The position numbers were made by a program, and so were the translations under genes. Of a stretch of 64,000 bases of DNA, positions 54,143 through 62,186 are shown in pieces (position 1 is the first letter of the stretch; each line of letters starts with the position of its first letter). Origin of the DNA: Octopus bimaculoides (Eukaryota); NCBI RefSeq assembly GCF_001194135.2, contig NC_069004.1, positions 22,005,415 through 22,069,414 on the forward strand. The letters are read 5' to 3'. The notes under the pieces were generated by a model, which did not search any database, was not told where the DNA came from, and worked only from the letters and a program-made list of their open reading frames with translations.

Positions 54143-57100
54143 ATAGGTTCAAATTTGGGCACAGGGTCAGCAATTTTGAGGGGAAGTGATTAGTCAATAA
54201 CATCAACCCCTGTACTTGTTTGTCACTTTATTTCATCAACCTTGGAAAGATGAAAGGCAAAGTTGACCTTCATGGGAATTGAATACTGTAATAAAAATAA
54301 TGATGGTGATTTTTTTTACTATACTTAATTTACTATATTTAATGATAATGAATTAAAAAAAATTACTCAAGAAATTATTTTTATATTAATATATGTTATT
54401 TCATTTACTTAGCTCCTCCATACTGAATTAATGTCCAAGCATTAAAAAACTACCGAAAAAACTCCATAAATACATGCAATTGAAAGTGGGCTAGTGAGAA
54501 GATATTTAAAAAAGTCCACAATTAATGTGTAGTCTTTTTAAATATTCTCTCACTTGCCCGCTTTCAATCACAAGTATTTATGGAGATTTTCGGTAGCTTC
54601 GTAATGCTTGGACATTAATTCAGTATGGAGGAGATAAATCTTGTTTTGACTTTCTCCCTTAAAATAATTATATATATATAATTATTAATGATATATAAGT
54701 TGCTACGAATTGCTTTTTTCCATGCTGAATACCTGATAATTATCATTAATGTGATTTTTATCCTTATTTTATGAATATGTGTTATTTCAAATAATATTGT
54801 CTGAAGAAGAAAGCCTCTATCCCCATCAAATGAAAAGAAAAAAAAACACCAACAAAAAATAATTTTTTTTTTACATAAAAAAATTCAATATGATCAAACA
54901 ATTAAAATCTTTTTAAAAATTTTATCAAACAAAACACCAGAAAAAAAAATGTGGAGTAACATCAACAAAAACTGGAAAACACACACAAGAAAAAATTTAA
55001 TAACTAAAAATATCTTGGTGTAAAATAATAAAATAAAAACTTACATCAACATTTGTACTGAGGGATTGGGATGTATTATCGTTATCATTACTATCATTAT
55101 TACCATTATTATGTTTTTTTATTTCTTCAAATGTAGACACATGCACACAAAATGAAACACAGTATAAACTGTTTTTAGAAAAATACATATTCATAGAAAT
55201 AAATAAGGTAAAAAAAAAGAATATATATAAAATATATAAAAAGAAATAGGAGCACCAAAAATAAGTTTGAAAAAATAAAGAAAAAATGTGGAGTTCCATA
55301 TTTTAAAAAACAAAAATGTAACATATAAAACTTTATGGTGACAGTGGAAGTGGTTGTGGGAGTGGTAAAAAAAAAGAAGACATAAAGGAGCTTTGAGAGA
55401 GATAATAGTGGTATGGTAGCACACACACACACACACACACAAACAAACATTTACATATATTTGTGTAAATAAGGAACAGCATTTCTTTCAAACATGTTAT
55501 CTTAAAAACTATTACTGATGAGATTCCTATCACTTTTCCCCAGATTTTTCTATGTCAAAAATACATAAACTTACATGGCCTTGCCTTGTATGTGCTTAGT
55601 CAAAAATCTAAAAAGAGCTGTGGATGTCTGACCAATGTTGCAACTGCTATGGTGTTAACAACTTTCAGTTTTATATACAAGTTTATTGTATTACATTGAC
55701 AACACCCAGAATCCCAGTAGGTGTGACAACAGAGGTACATTATGCATCCTTAACTTCAGTGATTTTATCAGACATCCTGCCACTTATTGAAGTGCTTTCT
55801 AGTGAATATAAGAAACAACTGAGAAAACATCCTCTATATGATCATCTATGCACTTACTAACCACAACCTGACTTTTAACACAACTTTGAAGATGGTTACA
55901 AACTTGGTCATAAGTTTGTAGAAAAAATTTCTTCTTCCTTTAACATATAAAACATTTCAGATCTCTTTCCTATATTAATCAAAAGTAATATTAAAGAATA
56001 GAATAGAAATTGGTTAATAGACCCACCGGTGCTTTGTTTAACTAAACATGTATAAATGAAAGGCTGTACAATAATTACACACACCCATACATGTCTGTGT
56101 GTGTGTATACACATATACTCACACACTATGTATGTATATATATATGGACATTTATATATAATTCATACAAACACACACCCATACACATAGGTTAAAAGCA
56201 GAAGCAGCAGGCAGAGTGAAAGGAGAGAGAGAGAGAGAGAGAGGGAGAAAGAGGGAGAAAAGTGTGTGCTAGTGAGACAACTGCTAGGACGTGGACACAG
56301 ACTCAGGCATGGCAGCGGCTGCAGCAGTGGCCGTAGCATCTGCTGACCGGCGATCACGGTCAAAGTTCTCTACCTGTTCATCTGTGGCACCTTTCATACG
56401 GTGTACAAGAGACTTCTGGCTTCCAGTGGTTGAGGGTTCTTTCTTCTTCTGTAGGAGACGCATACGAGTTTCAGTCTACAAAGAAACAACAAAAACATTA
56501 AACACCACTAACAAGAGGGTCAATCTATAATAAATGTGAAATTCTGTCTGTCCTGTACCTCAGCCTACATTTGCTCTAAATAGACAAACACCTTTTTGGA
56601 ATCAGGATGATTCCAGGATTGAAAATCTGCCTTTCATTTGGTTCTTGAACATCCAACATTGAGATCTGATTTAAATGCATTTGGGCTGCTATTTCTAGCA
56701 GGTAAAGCTTGGCTGATTTATGCCATCTTAGTGGAGTTTGTAAGATGACATCAGAGATCAAGAGAGAGATAAATGACATTCGCTTTGTTAATTTTATGTT
56801 GAGATAAGAACTTTGGGACAAATTGGCCAACAGCTGCAATTCAACCTGGAACTGGAACAGTAGAATGATTGCATTACAGAATTAATTCTCACTTATCCTT
56901 AACCTCTGATCAAATACCACCGGGGCATATAGTCATTATAGATGTTATTTGGCTCTCTTTAGTTTTGGGCCACAGGCCCATTTAGCCCTCCACAGGAGCT
57001 AGCTTATAAGTCTGCACAGAGTGCGGCTTTTAAGCTAGTATATCAATAATGAGCAAACTGTGACCCATAGAACATTCTGAATGGCACATCTAATGAAAAA

Positions 57101-58735
57101 TTATTTTGAATTGTTTAGTAGTGTGGCCCATCTGATGATGATTCATGTCCATTGTAGCCTGCTTCTTGAAAAAGGTTGCTCCTACCTGCTATATATGGTC
57201 ACTCAAAATGCTAGGAATAGCAACCGTGTCTCCCTTAAATTATACTCTACCATTTTAAAACAGCGACATACATAAGATAATATAGTTGTAGATAATCCAC
57301 TAAAAAAAAAAAAGGATGTTCATTGCTGAGTCCCTTTACATTTCTAACGAGTACAAGAGCTACAAACATAATTAAATAAATCAATCCAAAGTTCTTGATG
57401 GGCACTTTCTTTTATCATCTCTTGAAAGGATAAAAGGGGTTGACAAAATATTACAATATCAACAAGATTTGATCTCAGAGTATAAAGGTATGGCCATGTG
57501 TTTAAGAAGCTTGCTCTGCAACTACATGGTTTTAAGTTCAGTCCCATTGTGCAGTACCTAGGGCAAATGTCTTCTACTATAGTCCCAGTTGAGTGAACTT
57601 GATAAATGGAAATTGTGTGGAAGCTTGTCATATAAATACACAATCTTTATATGTGTGTGATTGTTAGTCTTTGTGTTTGTTCTTCCACTCAACTTGTGAA
57701 AAAGTGATGGTTTGTTTACATCCATGTAACTTAGCTGTTCACAAAAGAGACCTCCTACGGCTGCAGTCTAATGACAGAAACAGGTAAAAGAATAATGTTA
57801 TTGTTCACTAAAATGTGATATTGAAGAGAAAGTAATCTTCATCTTGCCTCTGATTTTTGTGTTTTGGTGTTTTTTTCTTATTTGTTGTTCTTAAAACTTA
57901 CCAATTCCTTAAGTTGTTGTGCTAGTTTTTCCTTCTCTTTTTCAAGTCTTGTGATGTCTTCGACATGCCGTTGCTTTTTTGTACTGGTCATTTCAAGTAA
58001 GGCAATGTTAGCGTCTTTCTCACTGATTGTAGCTTGGATGGCTTCTTGTCTGTAAAGATAAAGTTAGAGGTTACAGTCAGTTCTTCTTGCCATGGGTCAA
58101 ACACAAAGGTTCCAATGGGATGGAAACACAAGAAACGGAGGAAAAGTTTCTATATACTTGCTAATGTTTTTCATATCACAACCTAATTTGAATTATGTAT
58201 CTTTAAAACTCCCTAGTAACTTAACCCATCTTATATATATATAATCCAAGAGAGTTAGGGGTTGAGGATCCAACCCAATAAGGGATAGTATCTATCCAAT
58301 ATACTGCTGGGAGGGTACCCAATTATTGTTACACTACTGTTATACCAAGTGCAATAAGTGGGTGCAGGTAAAAGGGGGTTATTTTACCCTAAATTTATAT
58401 AGCAATAAGAAAATGGAGGAGAATATGCGGTACCCATTGACTTGCAGACACTGTATTCCGTTGATTAATCTGTCTATTTATTTTATAACTAAACTGACAA
58501 AAAACACAATATACAGATACTTATGGCATACCATGTCATATTAACAATTAAGATTTCTCCAATTGCTAAATGTCCTTTAAATTTGAAATCTTAATTGTTA
58601 ATATGACATGGTATGCCATAAGTATCTGTATATTGTGTTTTTTGTCAATTTAGTTATAAAATAAACAGATTAATCAACAGAATACAGTGTCTGCAAGTCG
58701 ATGGGTACTGCATATTCTCCTCCATTTTCTCATTG

Positions 58736-58781
<46 letters not shown>

Positions 58782-60704
58782 GGAAGAGGACAACAAGCAC
58801 TGAGGTATAACAAGCATCTCAATTCATTTAAAAGAGTGGAGAGTAAGGAAATAAAGTTCACAGTTCATATATACATCGCTTTATATACATAGATAGCATT
58901 TTTCTCGATGGCCCGATAGTTGAAGAGATGGTGGCGTGGGTTTCTGCCCCGACATTCGAAACTCGAGTTTTATCATGACTACCAAATAATTGTCACATAT
59001 TATATTTACAGATACCAACATACATATATATATATATATTTGTTTTACATGATTGAACGCCTGCGTCATATCCTGTAAGTAGTTTTGAACTTTATATTTT
59101 CTGACGCTACTCTATCTCTTTCTCTATCTCTATAACTTTTTCCCCTTCTCGTGCTTCTTTCTGTTACTACTATATTTCTCTCTTCCTCTCGTTGCTCACC
59201 TATTTTCTACTTCCTCCCCTTGTTTCTCCCTCTACCACTCTCCCTTCCTTACCCCTCGTGGTCACATGTGTCCACGTACTAATTCTTTTCTTCCTTGGCT
59301 ATCGCCAAGCAAATACGCAGACTACTGTCCCACTTCCAGTTCGTTGCTTCACAGCGTTCCACATACACATAATTTTTCACGTCTGGCCGTAAAGCCTTTT
59401 CCGTTTGTTTTCCTGTCTTGTTTTCTGTCCGCCACTACATTCCTCCATGGTACAGTTTAATTTGTGTCTACAAATTTAATTTGTGATCCATGGTTAGAGC
59501 CATTTTAACAATGTGTCCTGCCCTACTCTTCGAAACGCCTGTGTTAGAATGGGGGTAGCTGATGAAGGAAAATGTTCTCTATGTGGCCTGTGTGTTTTCT
59601 GTACTCTGGTTATTATTATTTTTTTGTCTACATTTTGTTTGCAATGTCCTGTACCCAGATATGCACCTATATATACAGGTAGACGTAGGTATGCACATAC
59701 CTGTACGNNNNNNNNNNNNNNNNNNNNNNNNNNNNNNNNNNNNNNNNNNNNNNNNNNNNNNNNNNNNNNNNNNNNNNNNNNNNNNNNNNNNNNNNNNNNN
59801 NNNNNNNNNNNNNNNNNNNNNNNNNNNNNNNNNNNNNNNNNNNNNNNNNNNNNNNNNNNNNNNNNNNNNNNNNNTATATATATAAATAATTATATATATA
59901 ACACATAAAACATATATATATATAGCGTAGGAGTGGCTGTGTGGTAAGTAGCTTGCTTATGAACAACATGGTTCCAGGTTCAGTCCCACTGCGTGGCACC
60001 TTGGGCAAGTGTCTTCTACTATAGCGTCTTGGTATGATACATCATAACATTTACGCAGCCTAAACTAAGAGTTATGCTTAGTGATAAATACTTATAATTA
60101 AGTTATAAGTAACGAGATTATCATTATAGCTTTTAAATAAGAAACAATAATATTTGTTATAACTTACGAATGATAAAATTGTAAATAAAGATATAGTATA
60201 TCTCACACTTCAACGACCTGTTGTGATAAACAACCACATAAAACTGGGTTTTAGCCAGACCAAAAAGAAAGAAAATAAAAAAGACTCACTTCATTTCATA
60301 GACTTCTTCTAACTGTTTGTGTCTTTCAGAAACAAGACGGCGTAATTTGGCATCCTTCTCCTCCAGCTGACGTGTCAGAGCTCCAACCTTGGCAATGTGG
60401 TCACTTTGAATGGATTTCATCTTCTCTAATTCAGCAGTCAGTTCATAGACCTTAGAGAATGGAGGTAGGTAAAGACATATTAACAAAATACAGAAAAATG
60501 TGAATGATAGACCATGTAAGAAAATATGTACAAGAGAGAGAGAGAGAGAGAGTGGAAGGAGAGTGAGAACAGAAAGAGATAGTGAAAGGGGGAGAAATGG
60601 AAACAGTGGGAGATGGATAGAGACCCAGCAGGCTGAGTAGGGTACCATTCTGAGTTAAAAGGAAAACAGCCAAAACACTTGAACAAATAAGGGAGATTCC
60701 CTTC

Positions 60705-60743
<39 letters not shown>

Positions 60744-61442
60744 ACACACACACAATGGGAAACTGCAATTTCAAAGGAAATACTGAAGGGAGAGCAGCTT
60801 TCAGAAAGAGAACAGGAAAATATGACCTGTGCTTGTCAGAAACATTTCACATACTATACCACTTAAAATCCAAAATTGATATTTAAAAGATACAGTGGAG
60901 ATGTTTGAATACCTAGAAAGTTTTTTGAATGGATAAGATTGAAATAAAAGGATGTTATTACTTAACCATGAGATACAAAATATAGTGGGTATTTGTCAGT
61001 AAGGAAAAGAAGGAAACAAGGTGTAAATATGATATGGGGAACTATAAATATGAAAAAACATGAAAGACTTGCATAAATTAGAGAGTATAAAGAAAAAGAT
61101 AAAGTTTACAAAATGTATAAGAAAATTTAGTGAGCATCAAAAATTTTAAAACATGGATGAGACAGACATTTGTTCAAGGGAAATAATTCAAAGGGAGAGA
61201 GGAAGAAAATTTGTATGTGATATTGAAATGGTGGGGGAGATATTGGGAATGAAAGGAGGAGGAGGNNNNNNNNNNNNNNNNNNNNNNNNNNNNNNNNNNN
61301 NNNNNNNNNNNNNNNNNNNNNNNNNNNNNNNNNNNNNNNNNNNNNNNNNNNNNNNNNNNNNNNNNNNNNNNNNNNNNNNNNNNNNNNNNNNNTTTTGGGT
61401 GGGAGTAAAAGAGGAAGTACATACATACCCATATACATCATA

Positions 61443-61518
<76 letters not shown>

Positions 61519-62186
61519 TCAGGGAGACAAAAAGGCAAAATAATGGATGAGAGTGAATGGAGGGAAAGAGAGTTAGAGAAACAAAGTCAGCAGAAATAAA
61601 ACTCCTCATTTTGATGGGTATCAGGCTAGCGTGTGTGTGTACATGTGTGTATCTGTTAATACATACATGATAGACTTGTAGATTGATTTTGATGTATGAG
61701 TGTTCAGTAGGTTGATCAAGAGGACAACCCATTCATTGAATTAATGTACGAAGTGGTCAAATACTCTGAAGACACATGTGTACCTTTAATGAAATTCTCA
61801 GGTAGAGGTTGGCATGACACAAGTGTGACAATGGAAGACATGTGAGGTACAGATACAGTCCACCTGATGAGCTTCTATACAATTTCTGTCCACCAAAAAT
61901 TCAATCAAAAGGTTTGGGCCAACTCATGGTAATGATAAATGTACCACCCAAGATGCCATGCTGTGGGATCAAACCTTGAATCTTGTGATTGCAAAGAGAA
62001 CTTCATAACTACTCAGCCATATCTACACACACACACACACTTTTATAGACTCACTTTTGCTTCTGTTTGTTGGATCTTGCTTTCTTGCTCTGCCATGACC
62101 ATTTCTCGTTCGGCTGTTATTGTTACACTCTCTCGCAGAGCTTCCTCTAGTTCTTCCACACGATCATCCATGTGTTTTATGGCATT
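17031..62186 (-). CDS. ERC1: ELKS/RAB6-interacting/CAST family (ERC1/ERC2, bruchpilot-related) gene, 3' six coding exons; 5' part lies beyond the window
   Basis: The spliced peptide NAIKHMDDRVEELEEALRESVTITAEREMVMAEQ...ERHKQLEEVYEMKQEAIQATISEKDANIALLEM...TETRMRLL...DEQ|VIRAVRKIE...SEE|VRLELHKSDRDCQKLQDYANILLQ...PELLD resembles recalled ERC1 motifs (EELEEALRESVQITAEREMVLA; KQEALLAAISEKDANIALLE; FANAILQQIADHCPDILEQ). All introns are GT-AG with compatible phases. Likely the invertebrate co-orthologue of ERC1/ERC2. Confidence 0.93.
17473..17518 (-). ncRNA. Minimal type I hammerhead ribozyme motif (Penelope-associated type), core intact
   Basis: Minus strand GACAC-CUGAUGA-A-GGCUG-gagggUAUAU-CAGCC-GAAAC-GUU-GUGUU: stem I GACAC/GUGUU, stem II GGCUG/CAGCC, palindromic AACGUU stem III. 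Confidence 0.8.
17801..17846 (+). ncRNA. Degenerate hammerhead motif, inverted sister copy
   Basis: GACAC-CUGAAGA-A-GGCUG..CAGCU-GAAAU-GCU-GUGUU; U16.1 replaced by C, so probably inactive. Confidence 0.65.
19143..19369. mobile_element. TTAA-flanked MITE (piggyBac-type ends)
   Basis: TTAA-CTCTTTAGCATT ... AATGCTAAAGGG-TTAA; second copy 37500-37731. Confidence 0.8.
20034..20416. mobile_element. Fold-back MITE with about 160-bp inverted arms
   Basis: TTATACTTGGGGATGGGTCATATTTTGCCAATTAAACAC ... GTGTTTAATTGGCAAAATATGACCCATCCCCAAGTATAA. Confidence 0.9.
22146..23074 (+). mobile_element. Internally deleted mariner (Tc1/mariner) transposon
   Basis: TIRs TATGAGGCGGTAC/GTACCCCCTCATA with TA flanks. 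N-terminal remnants EQRASMKFCF, GVSWSSCQRIL, RVATKFMPH and C-terminal CFEYWKTRLGRCIASNGEYFE; catalytic core missing. Confidence 0.9.
25330..25756 (+). mobile_element. 3' fragment of an RLE-type non-LTR retrotransposon (CRE-like) with A tail
   Basis: AALNVKERKINKYRGLAGHYQFVLITIETSGVL..TINFLCKIG resembles the CRE-type restriction-like endonuclease C-terminus; AATAAA plus an A-run at about 25746-25756. Confidence 0.6.
27001..27450 (-). mobile_element. CR1/L2-group LINE reverse transcriptase fragment
   Basis: PIHKGG..NYRP..SKVMEWIV..QHGFRPGRSCLTQLL..VDVIYLDFAKAFDKVDH..SGVPRGTVLGP (RT domains 1-4); truncated between microsatellites. Confidence 0.92.
27470..27898. mobile_element. AT-rich MITE with about 70-bp TIRs
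   Basis: 27470-27540 is the reverse complement of 27829-27898. Confidence 0.75.
28121..28182 (-). ncRNA. Hammerhead motif in the PLE left arm, G12>A mutated
   Basis: AGAGU-CUGAUGA-GCAGUCCACAA...UUGUGGAUUC-AAAAC-CUUUG-GUA-ACUUU. Confidence 0.6.
29439..29498 (+). ncRNA. Hammerhead ribozyme motif in the PLE right arm
   Basis: AGAGU-CUGAUGA-GCUGUCCA...UGGAUAU-GAAAC-CUUUG-GUA-ACUUU: core and stems I-III formable. Confidence 0.7.
30030..30229. mobile_element. Mariner-derived MITE (about 200 bp)
   Basis: TIRs TATGAGAGG..GCTGAAAAATTCCTGGCTTT / AAAGTCAGGAACTTCTCATCACCCCCTCTGTA in TA context. Confidence 0.7.
31905..32105 (+). repeat. Mixed (AAC)/(AGC) trinucleotide tract, intronic
   Basis: Gives poly-N/S or poly-L pseudo-ORFs. 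Confidence 0.85.
32352..32525 (-). CDS. ERC1: ELKS exon (58 codons, phase 0/0): VIRAVRKIEHSKKRLRTLIDQLLAAVLDTDPQLLEGLPRIQQGPSVSVATLRTLSSEE
   Basis: Acceptor tttataccttAG, donor GTAAGC; resembles ERC1a IIQPLLELDQNRSKLKLYIGHL...RDPLILRGL. Confidence 0.9.
33893..34912 (+). mobile_element. Tc1/mariner (maT-like) 3' remnant interrupted by a 5S pseudogene and a SINE
   Basis: YVWQQDS..PNS..CNPLDYYVWGAVE..LKARIMAAF..VQKSCRRF*SRLETVVEANGNFIE (third catalytic residue D); right TIR ..TTATTCACCGCACCCTG-TA at 34841-34912. Confidence 0.8.
34273..34391 (+). pseudogene. 5S rRNA: 5S rRNA pseudogene (full length)
   Basis: GCTTACGGCCATATCATGTTGAGAGCACTGGTTCTTGTCCGATCACCGAAGTTAAGCAA...GTACTTAGATGGGTGACCGCTTGGGAA..GGTGCTGTAAAC; several CpG>TpG changes; no oligo-T terminator; solitary. 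Confidence 0.9.
36796..37300 (+). repeat. (GA)n and purine-rich tract spanning an N-gap
   Basis: Direct observation; source of the ER/SL pseudo-ORFs. Confidence 0.95.
37776..39410. mobile_element. Non-autonomous element with about 290-bp terminal inverted repeats and a nested SINE
   Basis: 37776-38068 is the reverse complement of 39106-39410; nested SINE at 38765-39085. Confidence 0.7.
39410..40585 (-). mobile_element. Head-to-tail cluster of an (ATT)n-tailed tRNA-SINE
   Basis: Five minus copies (AATCCTTTCTACTATAGGCACAAGGCCTG...GAATTTGAACTCAG...CTGCCAG). More at 43290-46395, 47660-47830, 49830-50020, 53790-54290, 1-290, 8630-8850; plus copies 24265-24440, 50740-50830. Confidence 0.85.
40587..41432 (-). 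mobile_element. (ATT)n-tailed retroposon of unknown class with a nested SINE
   Basis: Shares a core of about 170 bp with the TIR arms at 37.8 and 39.1 kb; nested SINE 40623-40875 flanked by an 11-bp TSD GCCCTGATGCA. Confidence 0.6.
41433..42254 (+). mobile_element. Dong/R4-clade non-LTR retrotransposon 3' fragment (CCHC plus RLE), ending in (AAT)n
   Basis: CRICRKRVKSVTHIVSAC (CX2CX8HX4C); DFDFQIDKVLEHRRPE..KEREKIGKYGDL..IPIVIGALG..LQKSALLGT; stops and frameshifts. Confidence 0.88.
44065..46395 (-). mobile_element. Second head-to-tail cluster of the (ATT)n-tailed SINE
   Basis: About 8 minus-strand copies separated by (AAT)n tracts. Confidence 0.8.
49400..49680 (+). mobile_element. RTE-like LINE 3' tail fragment with (ATG)n end
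   Basis: KECQKVHVEGTSGNGRPRK resembles RTE ..VEG.R.RGRP; tail AAAATGGATGTAAAA-(TGA)n. Confidence 0.55.
50373..50604. mobile_element. hAT-type MITE, related to 804-1129
   Basis: CAGTGATTCTCAAC ... GTTGAGAACCACTG; TSD remnant CTTTAAAC/CTCAAAAC. Confidence 0.75.
54412..54634. mobile_element. About 220-bp fold-back palindrome flanked by TA
   Basis: CTCCTCCATACTGAATTAATGTCCAAGCATTA ... TAATGCTTGGACATTAATTCAGTATGGAGGAG. Confidence 0.88.
56284..56373 (-). CDS. ERC1: Alternative read-through C-terminus of ELKS: VENFDRDRRSADATATAAAAAMPESVSTS*
   Basis: In-frame, GC/CpG-rich 29-codon extension past a non-consensus donor, ending TAG; followed by SINE-free U-rich UTR-like sequence. Confidence 0.6.
   Translation of the reverse strand, partial: VENFDRDRRSADATATAAAAAMPESVSTS
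56374..56475 (-). CDS. ERC1: ELKS exon (34 codons, phase 0/0): TETRMRLLQKKKEPSTTGSQKSLVHRMKGATDEQ
   Basis: Acceptor ttgtttctttgtAG; donor CAG|GTAGAG. TETRMRLL aligns to ERC1 TQNRMKLM, and DEQ| to PDQ|. Confidence 0.88.
57902..58049 (-). CDS. ERC1: ELKS exon (148 nt, phase 2/0): QEAIQATISEKDANIALLEMTSTKKQRHVEDITRLEKEKEKLAQQLKEL
   Basis: Acceptor ctttatctttacAG, donor GTAAGT; ISEKDANIALLE hallmark of ELKS/CAST/Brp. Confidence 0.96.
58396..58742. mobile_element. About 347-bp fold-back palindrome ending in (TA)n
   Basis: Arms 58396-58557 and 58585-58742 nearly identical (one 4-nt indel); 27-nt loop. Confidence 0.92.
60290..60450 (-). CDS. ERC1: ELKS exon (161 nt, phase 0/2): VYELTAELEKMKSIQSDHIAKVGALTRQLEEKDAKLRRLVSERHKQLEEVYEM
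   Basis: Acceptor ctccattctctaAG, donor GTGAGT; coiled coil ending ER.K.LEEV.EMK as in ERC1. Confidence 0.95.
62055..62186 (-). CDS. ERC1: ELKS exon (44 codons, phase 0/0): NAIKHMDDRVEELEEALRESVTITAEREMVMAEQESKIQQTEAK
   Basis: Acceptor ttttctgtcttttAG, donor GTGAGT; conserved EELEEALRES.ITAEREMV motif. Confidence 0.95.

Larger units (their letters stand above)
10223..61392. other. Assembly gaps (N runs) at 10223-10663, 14576-15377, 17619-17683, 21150-21532, 33188-33253, 36871-37002, 46226-46370, 59708-59874, 61266-61392
   Basis: N runs, mostly flanked by simple repeats; the poly-X ORFs are artefacts. Confidence 0.99.

Noticed and set aside
59520-59600. CGAAACGCC...CTGATGAAGG permuted hammerhead-like motifs
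   Set aside because: Cleavage triplet is GCC, and stems I and II cannot be formed in a valid topology; at most a decayed relic
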